Positions 26,630 through 36,387 of a stretch of 64,000 nucleotides of DNA are shown here, one piece after another. The notes below the pieces were generated by a model. That model was not told the origin of the DNA, ran no database searches, and worked only from the letters and a program-made list of their open reading frames with translations. The stretch spans positions 1,440,001 through 1,504,000 of the forward strand of contig CAXXFL010000001.1 of the NCBI GenBank assembly GCA_963674965.2. Reading direction: 5' to 3'. Source of the DNA: a bacterium (GTDB lineage: Bacteria; RBG-13-61-14; DATKZS01). The translations under genes were made by a program, and so were the position numbers. Numbering within the stretch: position 1 is the stretch's first letter; each line of letters begins with the position of its first letter.

Positions 26630-27226
26630 TTAACCTTTCCTTGGCGCGGCTCGACAAAGAATAAACCAGTTGGGCATGGGGTCCTCGCCCATCTTGAAGG
26701 CTCGGCCTATGACCACGTCGTCCGATACCCAGCGCAGGTTGTCCTTGGTTCCACCGTAAACGAACATGCTGGGAAAGGCGTCGTTGGATTTGATTTCCGG
26801 CCACCCGGCGGGCCGCTCGGAGGGTATGCGCGTATAGTTGACCTGGATTTCGTATTCCTCGTTCTTGGGGTTCCTGTTGACCATGTAATAGCCGGGTCCC
26901 ACCAGCCAGCCGATCCAGGCGTTGTTGTAGCCGCACAGGTTGCCTTCATTGTCCAGGTAAAAGACCTTCTGGAAGAGGGTGAAGGCGGGCAGGGAGTTCC
27001 TGCCGTCAAAGGGGAAAGCCTCGAGGGGCTTGGCGTCGCGGGGAACGAAATAATCGAAGTCGAGGGGTTTCGAGTTCTCGGAGATTTCCCATAATTTCAC
27101 CTGCTCCTTTTTACCCAGCTCGCGGGACTGGATCACCCGCTCGGGATGAGCGAGCGAGTCGAGATGCTCCGTGACCTCGGCGAGAGTCACGCCGGCGCGA
27201 TTTAAAAGTTCCTTTAACCTGGACAT
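26630..27226 (-). CDS. Hypothetical protein
   Basis: 198-aa ORF with GGAGG RBS and coding-like composition. Confidence 0.65.
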   Translation of the reverse strand: MSRLKELLNRAGVTLAEVTEHLDSLAHPERVIQSRELGKKEQVKLWEISENSKPLDFDYFVPRDAKPLEAFPFDGRNSLPAFTLFQKVFYLDNEGNLCGYNNAWIGWLVGPGYYMVNRNPKNEEYEIQVNYTRIPSERPAGWPEIKSNDAFPSMFVYGGTKDNLRWVSDDVVIGRAFKMGEDPMPNWFILCRAAPRKG

Positions 27227-27401
27227 GGTCCACCTCCTATGATCTTCGCGGGGCTTGCCGCGCTTTCATTTTAGCATTATTGGCCGGGTATCCAAGCCCA
27301 AAATTTATCCGGAAACATGCCGGCCCGGTTTCCGGTTCGGGGGAAGTTAAAAACCAGGTGAAGAAATTTCCCGTAAGCGTTATAATACGTAGCGGAAACG
27401 G

Positions 27402-28838
27402 ATGAAACGCCTTTTGATAGCCACCACCGATGAAGGGGCGGTCTCCTCGATCCGGGAATGCCTGGGAAACGAGTATGAGGTCGAGACGACCCTCGACCGG
27501 GCGTCGTGCCTGGCCAGGTTCATGGAAAGGCGCCACGAGTTCGCCTTCATCGATCTTTCATTCCTGCTCGACGGCGAGACCCGGGAAAAGGAAGACTACG
27601 GAGAGGCGCTGGCGCCGTACTGGAACGCCTTTCCCACCGCCCATATAATCGTCATGGCCTCCCAGCCCGAGATCAGGAGGGCCGTCAACCTGGTCAAGGC
27701 CGGGGCCACCGATTACCTGACCTATCCCATCAGCCCGGCCGAGGTATCTCTCGTGACCGAGACCACGGCCGAGTCCATCCGCGCCCAGTCCGAGCTCGAG
27801 TACTTGAGGGACCGCTTCTGGAAAAGCGAGTCGGAAAAGGTGGTACACACGCTAAACCCCGTGATGAAAAAGGTCTTCGACAAGATCAAGTCCGTGGCCC
27901 CCACCAGGTCCACGGTCCTTCTCACCGGCGAGACCGGCACCGGAAAAAGCGTGCTGGCCAAGATCATCCACCTCCACAGCAACCGCTCCAACGACCAGTT
28001 CATCAGCGTCCACTGCGGGGCCATACCCGAGACCCTGGTCGAGAGCGAGCTTTTCGGGCACGAGAAGGGGGCCTTTACCGGGGCCATTAAAAGGAAGCTG
28101 GGAAAGTTCGAGATAGCCCAGGGAGGGACCATCTTCCTCGATGAGGTCAGCACCGTCACCAAGCCGGTCCAGATAAGACTCCTCCAGGTGCTCCAGGAAA
28201 AGACCTTTGCCCGGGTGGGCGGCGAGGTGGAAATCAAGGCCGACGTCAGGGTCATAGCCGCGTCCAACGAGGACCTCGAGACCCTGATCGAGGACGGCGG
28301 CTTCAGAAAGGACCTTTACTATAGGCTCAACGTTTTCCCCATCGCCATCCCTCCACTGCGGGAAAGGATCGAGGATTTGCCCTTTTTGGTCCAGAGCATT
28401 CTACACGAGCTGGATAAATACAACACGAAAAATATCAACGCCGTTCATCCACAGGTAATGGAGGCCTTCAGAAACTACGATTGGCCGGGGAATATAAGGG
28501 AACTTGAGAACCTGATCGAGCGGGCTTATATAATCGAGCGCTCGAATATTCTTTCGCCCGAGAGTTTTCCCTCCGAGCTTTTCGGATCCATGAAGCCGGG
28601 TACCCGTATCAGCCCCGACCTCTCCGGCACCCTGGCCCAGGCCAGGGCCGAGGCGGTTCAACTAGTTGAAATACAATATCTTAAGGAGCTGTTGGCCGTT
28701 AACAACGGGCGCATGGACCAGACGGCCAAATCGGCTGGAATAGGCACGCGTCAACTGCATAAGCTGATGACCAAATACGAAATCAAAAAAGAAGATTACA
28801 AAACGCGTAAAGGAGACACGAACAAACCGGAACCGTAA
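27402..28838 (+). CDS. Sigma-54-dependent NtrC-family activator with atypical receiver domain
   Basis: GETGTGKS Walker [36 protein letters not shown]-terminal Fis-like HTH. Confidence 0.92.
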   Translation: MKRLLIATTDEGAVSSIRECLGNEYEVETTLDRASCLARFMERRHEFAFIDLSFLLDGETREKEDYGEALAPYWNAFPTAHIIVMASQPEIRRAVNLVKAGATDYLTYPISPAEVSLVTETTAESIRAQSELEYLRDRFWKSESEKVVHTLNPVMKKVFDKIKSVAPTRSTVLLTGETGTGKSVLAKIIHLHSNRSNDQFISVHCGAIPETLVESELFGHEKGAFTGAIKRKLGKFEIAQGGTIFLDEVSTVTKPVQIRLLQVLQEKTFARVGGEVEIKADVRVIAASNEDLETLIEDGGFRKDLYYRLNVFPIAIPPLRERIEDLPFLVQSILHELDKYNTKNINAVHPQVMEAFRNYDWPGNIRELENLIERAYIIERSNILSPESFPSELFGSMKPGTRISPDLSGTLAQARAEAVQLVEIQYLKELLAVNNGRMDQTAKSAGIGTRQLHKLMTKYEIKKEDYKTRKGDTNKPEP

Positions 28839-28917
28839 CTTCACATCGCCATTATAGGAACCTGGAGTTCTTGTTTTAAGCATTCAATTCGTTTTTTACC
28901 TAAAGCCTTTTTAAATG

Positions 28918-29101
28918 AGCTTCTTGCAAAAGTCCCTTTCTTGGCGGCATAGCCGCTTTGGATTGTGGTCTCTTGAGAGCGCTTTCGATGGCCTTGGCTT
29001 GAAAAAGCCTAAGAATACAACGGTTAGCCTCGCGTCAAGCCGCTCGGAAGAAAAGCGGCGTCGAGCCGCCGCACTCCAAAGCGGGACTTTTGCAAGAGGC
29101 T
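28918..29101. mobile_element. MITE-like element with 19-bp terminal inverted repeats and internal REP-like palindromes
   Basis: AGCTTCTTGCAAAAGTCCC ... GGGACTTTTGCAAGAGGCT (18/19 match); internal GCTTTGGA...TCCAAAGC and GCGGCGTCGAGCCGC. Confidence 0.65.
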
Positions 29102-29201
29102 TAAATAAAAGAGTTGCCGCTAAAGGGAAAAAAGGGACCCCCCCAAAATCCTTTTTGGAAGAATTTTCCCGTTTCGATATCTTTTCAGTCACTTGTCAAA
29201 C

Positions 29202-29218
29202 AGGAACTTAAAGTTCCT
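29202..29218. promoter_or_regulatory. Palindromic putative activator site AGGAAC-N5-GTTCCT (second copy AGGAAC-N5-GTTCTT at 28856-28872)
   Basis: Perfect palindrome about 55 nt upstream of a sigma-54-like promoter. Confidence 0.5.
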
Positions 29219-29270
29219 ATAATTTGCCATTCTAAAATGAAACATTAATATAAACGGCGACTTAAATTTT

Positions 29271-29285
29271 TGGCACGATCTTTGG
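29271..29285 (+). promoter_or_regulatory. Sigma-54-like promoter (-24/-12)
   Basis: TGGCAC-GATCT-TTGG; one deviation from TTGC; downstream of a sigma-54 activator gene. Confidence 0.55.
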
Positions 29286-29298
29286 TATATAGCTGGCC

Positions 29299-29607
29299 AT
29301 GACGACCGACGAAAAACAGCAAAACGGCATTTCCAATCATTTGGGCGATAAGTCGGCGTCAGTGAGAGGGTCGGGAATTTCGGTAAAAGGAATAATACTT
29401 CCCGCGGAATTGGACTGGAATTTCAACACCACCAGCATCATGGTGTCCACGGACCAGGAGGAAGAATATCTTCTTGCGCGTGGGGCCAAGGAGAGGGAAC
29501 TATTCGACCATATAAGGGAATCGGTAAGGGTTACCGGTACCGTTATGGATAAAGGGGAAGGCCAAAAGATAATCGACGTTACCGATTACGAAGTTATTGA
29601 TTACTAG
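29299..29607 (+). CDS. Small hypothetical beta-rich protein
   Basis: 102-aa ORF directly after the sigma-54-like promoter. Confidence 0.6.
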   Translation: MTTDEKQQNGISNHLGDKSASVRGSGISVKGIILPAELDWNFNTTSIMVSTDQEEEYLLARGAKERELFDHIRESVRVTGTVMDKGEGQKIIDVTDYEVIDY

Positions 29608-29660
29608 AGGTCTTGGTATCAAATCGTTTCGCGATACGAAAAAATGGAGGATTTGTAGAA

Positions 29661-30443
29661 ATGGAATTCAAAAAGGCAATGGTTCTTACGGCTATGCTTT
29701 TCGCGGTATTGGCGGTGGTTTTCGGACCGTCCGTCAAGGCTTCCGCGGAGGAGGGCACGGTCGCCCGTGTACAGATGGCTTTCGATATTATATCGGTTTC
29801 CGACGATGACGTAACCGACGGCGCGACCACTGACGACGGTGACACCGCCGAGGTAGAGGAACTCATTTCGATTTACGCGGCCAATGAGGACGACGTCGAG
29901 GACGGGACCACGGCAGAGGACGGCGACACCGCCGAGGAGTTGAGCTCGATTTACGCCGCCAATGAGGACGACGTCGAGGACGGGACCACCATCGAGGACG
30001 GCGACACCGCCGAGGAGCTGAGCTCGATTTACGCGGCCAACGAGGACGACGTCGAGGACGGGTCCACCATCGAGGACGGCGACACCGCCGAGGAGTTGAG
30101 CTCGATTTACGCCGCCAATGAGGACGACGTCGAGGACGGGTCCACCATCGAGGACGGCGACACCGCCGAGGAGCTGAGCTCGATTTACGCCGCCAACGAG
30201 GACGACGTCGACGATGGCTCCACCATCGAGGACGGCGACACCGCTGAGGAGCTGAGTTCGATTTACGCCGCCAATGAGGACGACGTCGAGGACGGGTCCA
30301 CCATCGAGGACGGCGGTACCGCCGAGGAGTTGAGCTCGATTTACGCGGCCAACGAGGACGAGCCGGACGACGGATCGACCGTTGGCGACGGCGACACCAC
30401 CGGTGACGACGCGGGCGACGAAGCGCCTGGCGACGACGAATAG
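29661..30443 (+). CDS. Secreted highly acidic protein with 26-aa tandem repeats
   Basis: GGAGG RBS, signal peptide MEFKKAMVL...KASA; six near-identical SSIYAANEDDVEDGSTIEDGDTAEEL units plus degenerate flanking units. Confidence 0.8.
   Translation: MEFKKAMVLTAMLFAVLAVVFGPSVKASAEEGTVARVQMAFDIISVSDDDVTDGATTDDGDTAEVEELISIYAANEDDVEDGTTAEDGDTAEELSSIYAANEDDVEDGTTIEDGDTAEELSSIYAANEDDVEDGSTIEDGDTAEELSSIYAANEDDVEDGSTIEDGDTAEELSSIYAANEDDVDDGSTIEDGDTAEELSSIYAANEDDVEDGSTIEDGGTAEELSSIYAANEDEPDDGSTVGDGDTTGDDAGDEAPGDDE
29862..30400 (+). repeat. 78-bp coding tandem repeat
   Basis: TCGATTTACGC recurs every 78 nt from 29868 to about 30336. Confidence 0.95.
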
Positions 30444-30526
30444 CAAGATTAGTATCAAGGAGAATCCCGGTACTTCAGCCAATAACCGAATCGCGCGGGG
30501 GTAGGCCGTGAAAGGCCGCCGGGGAT

Positions 30527-30560
30527 GGGGGATGGGTTAACGCTCATCCCCCTCTGTTTT
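30527..30560 (+). terminator. Putative intrinsic terminator
   Basis: GGGGGATGGG-TTAACG-CTCATCCCCC stem followed by TCTGTTTT. Confidence 0.55.
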
Positions 30561-30603
30561 GGGGCAGGCAATAACCTAATTAATTCAGGAGGATTTCTAT
30601 CTT

Positions 30604-32619
30604 ATGAACGAAAAGACCGACGGCGGCCCTCCCAAGGGTGGTCAAAAAGCAAAGCATGAACTCAGCGGCATCCGTACGCTGGGACCCGTTCCGGACCTGG
30701 AACGCCATTTGCCCTCCGACTGGTGGAGGACGCTCTTCAACTCGGTCTATTTGAAAACGGATGGAGACGTAGTCGAGAATCTCGATGGCACCAAGGCCGA
30801 AATAGACCTGGTCACGAGCATAGGCGGCCTCGAGAAGAACGACTCGATCCTGGACCTTTGCTGCGGCCAGGGCCGGCACTCGCTCGAGCTGGCTCGCCGG
30901 GGCTTCAAGAACGTAACGGGCCTCGACCGGTCGCGCTACCTTATTCGGCTGGCCAGGAAAAGGGCCCGCGACGAGGGCCTTTCCGTCGAGTTCCGGGAGG
31001 GAGACGCCAGGAAGTTCCGCCTCAAGGACAGGGCCTTCCATTGCGTGACCATCATGGGAAATTCCTTCGGATACTTCGACCAGAAGTCGGACGACCTGGC
31101 CGTGCTTAACAACGTGGCCCGGGTCCTGGCCCCCAACGGCGTGCTGATCATGGACATTGTGGACGGCGCCTGGATGCGCGAGCACTATGAGCCGAGGTCT
31201 TGGGAGTGGATCGACCAGAACCAGTTCGTGTGCCGGGAAAGGTCACTCTCCAAGGACCGGGAGCGGATAGTGGCGCGCGAGGTCATCGTTCACGCGGAAA
31301 AGGGCGTCATCGTGGACCAGTTCTACGCCGAGCGCCTTTACGACCGCGACCAGATAGCGGACCTGCTTGACAAGGCCGGCTATCGCATGGTCAGGTTCCA
31401 TTGCGGGTTCGAGTCCTGCTCGACCCGGAACCAGGACATGGGCATGATGGCCCACAGAATAATCCTGACTTCCCTGGCGCCGGAGAAGCCCCGCCTCAAG
31501 GCGGCCGGCAAGGCCAAGGCCCTTTATCCTAACGTCACGGTCATGCTCGGCGACCCCACTTTGCCCGACTCGGTCAAGGTGAACGGAAAGTTCAACGACC
31601 TGGACCTTGACACGGTAAGCAGGATGAAGGAAACCCTGGCCCAGCTCCCGGAGTACAAGTTCACCTATTTCGACAACCACCAGACCATGCTCCGGTCGCT
31701 TGTGGCCAATCCCCCTGAGTTCGTGCTTAACCTTTGCGACGAGGGGTACATGAACGATCCCTTCAAGGAGCTTCACGTTCCCGCCATGCTCGAGATGCTC
31801 GATATCCCCTATACGGGGGCCGGACCCGCCTGCCTCGGCCTCTGCTATAACAAGGGACTTATCCGGTCCATCGCCGAGTCCCTCGAGATACCGACCCCCA
31901 TGGAGTCCTACCTTGGTCCCGACGACGTGGTGGCCACCATCCCCGCCACTCTGCCGGCCCTGGTCAAGCCCAACTTCGGCGACTCGAGCGTGGGCATAAC
32001 CAAGGACTCGATCGTCTACAGTCACGACGCGCTTCTCGAGTACATCGAGCGGCTCCGAAAGACCTACAAGCGTTGCGCCGTGCTGGTGCAGGAATATCTG
32101 ATCGGGACCGAGTACTCGGTGGGCATAGTGGGCAATCCCGGGCTGACCTATCGCGCCCTGCCGCCGCTCGAGGTCGATTACTCGGGTCTGGACAAGGACC
32201 TGCCTCCCATTTTGGGATACGAATCCAAGTGGCTGCCCGACTCTCCCTATTGGAAACAGGTGGCCTACAAGGAGGCGGAGATATCGGAGGACGTGCTTCG
32301 CAAGCTGCACGATTACTCGAACGTGCTGTTCGAGCGCCTCGGGTGCCGGGATTACGCCAGGTTCGATTTCAGGATGGACTCGAGCGGGGCCATCAAGCTC
32401 CTCGAGGTCAACCCCAACCCCGGATGGTGCTGGGACGGGAAGTTCAACATGATGGCCGGCTTCGCGGGCATGCGCTACGCCGATCTCCTGCGCGCCATTA
32501 TCGACGCGGCCCAGGAGCGAGTCTCCGTGGCAAAGGCCGCCGGCCGCTCGGAAGAGGAGTGCGAGCTGCAACGAGACCTTGCCCCGAGCGTGGCCGTTCA
32601 CGTCCCGGCCCCCGCCTGA
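30604..32619 (+). CDS. Class I SAM methyltransferase fused to D-Ala-D-Ala-ligase-like ATP-grasp domain
   Basis: ILDLCCGQGRH motif I; IPYTG, LVKPNFGDSSVGI, LVQEYLIGTEYSV, DYARFDFR, LLEVNPNPG ATP-grasp motifs. Confidence 0.85.
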   Translation: MNEKTDGGPPKGGQKAKHELSGIRTLGPVPDLERHLPSDWWRTLFNSVYLKTDGDVVENLDGTKAEIDLVTSIGGLEKNDSILDLCCGQGRHSLELARRGFKNVTGLDRSRYLIRLARKRARDEGLSVEFREGDARKFRLKDRAFHCVTIMGNSFGYFDQKSDDLAVLNNVARVLAPNGVLIMDIVDGAWMREHYEPRSWEWIDQNQFVCRERSLSKDRERIVAREVIVHAEKGVIVDQFYAERLYDRDQIADLLDKAGYRMVRFHCGFESCSTRNQDMGMMAHRIILTSLAPEKPRLKAAGKAKALYPNVTVMLGDPTLPDSVKVNGKFNDLDLDTVSRMKETLAQLPEYKFTYFDNHQTMLRSLVANPPEFVLNLCDEGYMNDPFKELHVPAMLEMLDIPYTGAGPACLGLCYNKGLIRSIAESLEIPTPMESYLGPDDVVATIPATLPALVKPNFGDSSVGITKDSIVYSHDALLEYIERLRKTYKRCAVLVQEYLIGTEYSVGIVGNPGLTYRALPPLEVDYSGLDKDLPPILGYESKWLPDSPYWKQVAYKEAEISEDVLRKLHDYSNVLFERLGCRDYARFDFRMDSSGAIKLLEVNPNPGWCWDGKFNMMAGFAGMRYADLLRAIIDAAQERVSVAKAAGRSEEECELQRDLAPSVAVHVPAPA

Positions 32620-32657
32620 CGCGGCCGGACGTTAAAAACCGGTTTTAATTAAAGCGC

Positions 32658-32698
32658 CGAGGTTGTCGGAGGGAATAAAGAACCCGCCGGCAACCTCG
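32658..32698. terminator. Hairpin after methyltransferase/ATP-grasp gene
   Basis: CGAGGTTGTCGG ... CCGGCAACCTCG inverted repeat. Confidence 0.45.
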
Positions 32699-33101
32699 TT
32701 GTCTCTCTTACGCGCCCGCGAGGCGGCAAATTAAGAAGACAGGGCGGACGCCTTTGTTCCTGCAATAAATCCACCTGCCTGAAGGGGAAATTTTTTCGAG
32801 CGTCCTCTTTCAACCGTGCTATAATCCATGGAATTGGCGTTTGGCAATCCGGAAGCAGTCGAAAACGGGGCCTAACCGCGGTCTTGCACCCGGCAAAAAT
32901 ATCCAATAAACTTAAAAGCCGCAACTTGTCGGGCCCCGGGAAAATTATGATATTTTATCGATAACCGAACTTCCCCTGGAGGAGTGGCATGTGCTATAAA
33001 GTGAGGCGACGGACGTCTCGGGTCATGCTGGCGGCGCGCCATCTTGCAAGATATTTGTCCCATGAACGGATGCTTCCAAGGCGGATCGAGGTCCATTTGA
33101 C

Positions 33102-36100
33102 ATGGGCCGCGTAAAACCCGATATGCCCGGACGCGGTCCGACGCCGGCCATCAACGCCCTCTTGCCGGCCTTTGTATCCTTAATTATTTTTCCGGCAATC
33201 CTCCTGGCCCCTTCCGTCAAGGCCGACGGACCGGCCTTGTCAACGCTTTCCGATTCCGAACGGGCCTGGCTGCAAGCCAACGCCGGCAAGGTCGAGCTTT
33301 GGTATAACCCGGACTTTCCTCCCTTGGAGTTCGCGGCCGAGGGCGGAGGGTTCGTGGGCATGGGCGCGGACGTTATCGCCCTCATCGAGAAGCGCCTGGG
33401 ATTGACCTTCAATAAGCGCGTCCAAAAGGATTGGAACCGCCACCTTGACGGACTTGAAAAAGGCGCCTGCGCCATCGCGCCGACCATAGTCCAGACCGAG
33501 GACCGGGAGCGCTACGCCTATTTCACCACCCCTTACGCCCGTGTCCCCGTGGTTATCATTGGCACGTCCGCCCTGGGAAAGGGCCTGTCGCTGGACGATC
33601 TCACCGGGCGGCGCGTGGCCGTCGTTTCGGGCTTTGCCAGCGAGGGCTACGCTCGCGGCCAGTCGGAGGGACGATATGACGTGGTGACCGTGCCTCGAGT
33701 CGAGGAAGGGCTGCGCGCCGTGGCTTTCGGCCAGGTGGACGCCTACGTCGAGAACCTGGCCGTCGCCTCCTATTACATAAGCGAGAACGGCATTACCAAT
33801 CTCCAGGTATGCGGCAAGACGGATTACGACTTCGTCTTCCGCGTGGCCGTAAGCCGCAAGTACCCGGAGCTTTACGGCGCCATTCAGAAGGCCCTTGACG
33901 ACGTCGCGGACGCCGAGTTGGAGGAGGTTCACGACCGCTGGATTTCACTTCGCCCGCGGGAGGGGCCCTCGCCGGAGTCGGTGAGGCTCATGATAATGGC
34001 CGGGGCTTTTCTTGCCCTCCTCGCCCTGGGCCTGGCCATAATATCGGCCGTGCTTAAAAGGAGCTTAAACGAAAAAGTGGCCAGCCTTAAAAGCGCCCAG
34101 GATGAGATAGCCCTCAGCGAGGCCCGGTTCCGCTCCCTTTTCCTCCATGCTCCGCTCCCGCTTATCGAGTTCACCCTGCAAGGAGACGTGGTCAAATATA
34201 ACGACGCGGCCACCCGCCTTCTCGGGTATACGGCCGAGGAACTGCCGACCTTCGACGCCTGGTTCGAGGCGGTCTGTCCGGACCCTGAATACCGGGAAAA
34301 AGTAAGGGCCACCTGGGCCAGGGACATGGAGAAGGCCATGGCCGGCAACGGCCGAATCGAGCACTCGGAATACATCGTCCGCTGCAAGGACGGGAGCGAC
34401 AGGACGTTTCTCATCGGGGCCGGGATTATTGGAGACCGTGCCGTGGCTTCCCTGGTCGATATCGACGAGCGAAAGCGCATGGAAGTCGAACTCGAGGCAA
34501 GCCGCGAGCGTTTCTTCACCCTTTTCGACATGGCCCCCTTCTCGTGCGTGATCAACGACATGGAAGGCCGCTATATCATGGTCAATCGGCACTTTCTCGA
34601 AAGCATAAATCTCTCCCGCGACCAGGTTGTCGGCCGAACCGTGGCCGAGCTCGGACGCGCCACCCTGGGCGACGAGATGGACCACATCGCCCGGGAGATT
34701 ATTAGGACCGGCTCCAGCCCCTTGCGGGAAGTTACCGTCCAGGACGGGACCTCTCGGCGCTCGATCCTTTTCGCGAGCCGTCTTATTGAATGGGACGACA
34801 GGCGGGCGATCCTTACCGCCACCGTCGACGTGAGCGACAAGAAAGAGGCGGAGGAGGAGCTAAGGCGCCAAAAGGAAAGCCTGCGCGTGACCTTGGACTC
34901 GATCGGCGACGCGGTCATCGCGACCGACACCTCGGGCCGGGTTACGCGCATGAACCCGGTGGCCGAGCGCCTGACCGGCTGGACCGCGGCCGAGGCGGAG
35001 GGAAGGCCCCTCCAGGAGGTCTTCGCCATCGTGGACGCGAGGACCCGGCAACCGGCCGAGGACCCGGTGTCAAAGGTCTTGAGTTCCGGCCAGATCGTCA
35101 GCCTGTCCAATCACACCATCCTCATCGCCCGGGACGGAAGCGACATCCAGGTCGCCGACTCGGGGGCGCCCATCCGGGCGGATGACGGGAGCGTCATCGG
35201 AGTGGTGCTGGTCTTCCGAGACGTCACCCGCGAGTACGCCGTCCAGGAACAACTCCGGCAATCGCAGAAGATGGAGGCCGTGGGCCAGCTCGCCGGAGGC
35301 GTTGCCCACGACTTCAACAACATGCTGGTTGCCATCATCGGGGGCGCCGAACTCATGCGGGGATTCATCCAGGACGATCCCGACAAGCTTCAGTATCTCG
35401 ATATGATCCTGAACGCCGCCGGCCGCGCCTCCGACCTGACCCGCAAGCTCCTCACCTTCTCGCGCAAGCATCCAGCCGAAACGCGGCCCATCGACGTCAA
35501 TCAGCCCATCCGCGAGGCCCTGGCCCTGATCGAGAGGACGATCGATCCCCGCGTCACTCTCGAGGTCTCGCTTCTGGAGGGACCTATCGAGATACTGGGC
35601 GACCAGTCGCAGCTTCAAAACGCGGTCCTCAACCTTCTTATAAACGCCACTCACGCCGTGCCCGGCGGCGGCCTGATAAGCGTGACCACCGCTCTCGCCG
35701 ATCTCGATATGGCCGCCTGCCAGGCCACGGGTTTTTCCATCGAGCCGGGACGCTACGTCGAGATCGAGGTAAGGGACACCGGATGCGGCATACCGCCGGA
35801 GAACCTCCATAGGATTTTCGAGCCCTTCTTCAGCACCAAGGACCCGAGCCAGGGGACCGGACTTGGCCTTTCCACGGTGTTCGGCGCCGTCGAGCGGCAT
35901 GGGGGGGCCATTACCGTTTATAGCGAGCCGGGAAACGGTACCAGCGTCCGGGTCCTTTTGCCCACCACCGAAAGGACCATGGAGGAGGAAGCCGCCGAGG
36001 GCGAAGTGCTGGAAGGTTCGGGCCGGTTGCTGGTCGTGGACGACGAGCCGACCGTGAGGACGGTGGCCGTCAGAATACTTGAAAGCCTCGGATACGAGGT

Positions 36101-36383
36101 CACCTCGGCGGAAAACGGACGCGAGGCCCTGGAAATTTTCGCCGCGAACGGAGGCCGATTCGACCTGGTCATCCTCGATATGATCATGCCCGAGATGAAC
36201 GGACGAGACTGCTTCAAGGCCCTCAGAAAAATGCGGCCCGACCTTCGCGTCCTCTTGTCCTCCGGCTTCTCGCGAGAAGAGGACGTGGCCGACATGCGTA
36301 GCGAGGGCCTTGCCGGTTTTATTCACAAACCCTTTCGCGCCGCCGAGCTGGGAAAGGCCGTAAGGCGAGCCATCCTTTCCTGA
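33102..36383 (+). CDS. Hybrid sensor histidine kinase: periplasmic solute-binding domain, 3 PAS, HisKA, HATPase, receiver
   Basis: DFPPLEF SBP3-like domain, TM, PAS repeats, AGGVAHDFNN, DTGCGI/EPFFSTK/GTGLGL, VVDDE..DLVILD..MPEMNG. Confidence 0.92.
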   Translation: MGRVKPDMPGRGPTPAINALLPAFVSLIIFPAILLAPSVKADGPALSTLSDSERAWLQANAGKVELWYNPDFPPLEFAAEGGGFVGMGADVIALIEKRLGLTFNKRVQKDWNRHLDGLEKGACAIAPTIVQTEDRERYAYFTTPYARVPVVIIGTSALGKGLSLDDLTGRRVAVVSGFASEGYARGQSEGRYDVVTVPRVEEGLRAVAFGQVDAYVENLAVASYYISENGITNLQVCGKTDYDFVFRVAVSRKYPELYGAIQKALDDVADAELEEVHDRWISLRPREGPSPESVRLMIMAGAFLALLALGLAIISAVLKRSLNEKVASLKSAQDEIALSEARFRSLFLHAPLPLIEFTLQGDVVKYNDAATRLLGYTAEELPTFDAWFEAVCPDPEYREKVRATWARDMEKAMAGNGRIEHSEYIVRCKDGSDRTFLIGAGIIGDRAVASLVDIDERKRMEVELEASRERFFTLFDMAPFSCVINDMEGRYIMVNRHFLESINLSRDQVVGRTVAELGRATLGDEMDHIAREIIRTGSSPLREVTVQDGTSRRSILFASRLIEWDDRRAILTATVDVSDKKEAEEELRRQKESLRVTLDSIGDAVIATDTSGRVTRMNPVAERLTGWTAAEAEGRPLQEVFAIVDARTRQPAEDPVSKVLSSGQIVSLSNHTILIARDGSDIQVADSGAPIRADDGSVIGVVLVFRDVTREYAVQEQLRQSQKMEAVGQLAGGVAHDFNNMLVAIIGGAELMRGFIQDDPDKLQYLDMILNAAGRASDLTRKLLTFSRKHPAETRPIDVNQPIREALALIERTIDPRVTLEVSLLEGPIEILGDQSQLQNAVLNLLINATHAVPGGGLISVTTALADLDMAACQATGFSIEPGRYVEIEVRDTGCGIPPENLHRIFEPFFSTKDPSQGTGLGLSTVFGAVERHGGAITVYSEPGNGTSVRVLLPTTERTMEEEAAEGEVLEGSGRLLVVDDEPTVRTVAVRILESLGYEVTSAENGREALEIFAANGGRFDLVILDMIMPEMNGRDCFKALRKMRPDLRVLLSSGFSREEDVADMRSEGLAGFIHKPFRAAELGKAVRRAILS

Positions 36384-36387
36384 GCCT

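Noticed and set aside
28915-29211. Short ORFs over the MITE-like element as transposase
   Set aside because: Under 100 aa with no DDE or HUH motifs
29862-30400. Possible CRISPR array
   Set aside because: Units are contiguous 78-bp in-frame coding repeats with no unique spacers, and no cas genes are present
30604-32619. Housekeeping ddl
   Set aside because: Fused to a methyltransferase and lacks canonical Ddl N-terminal motifs
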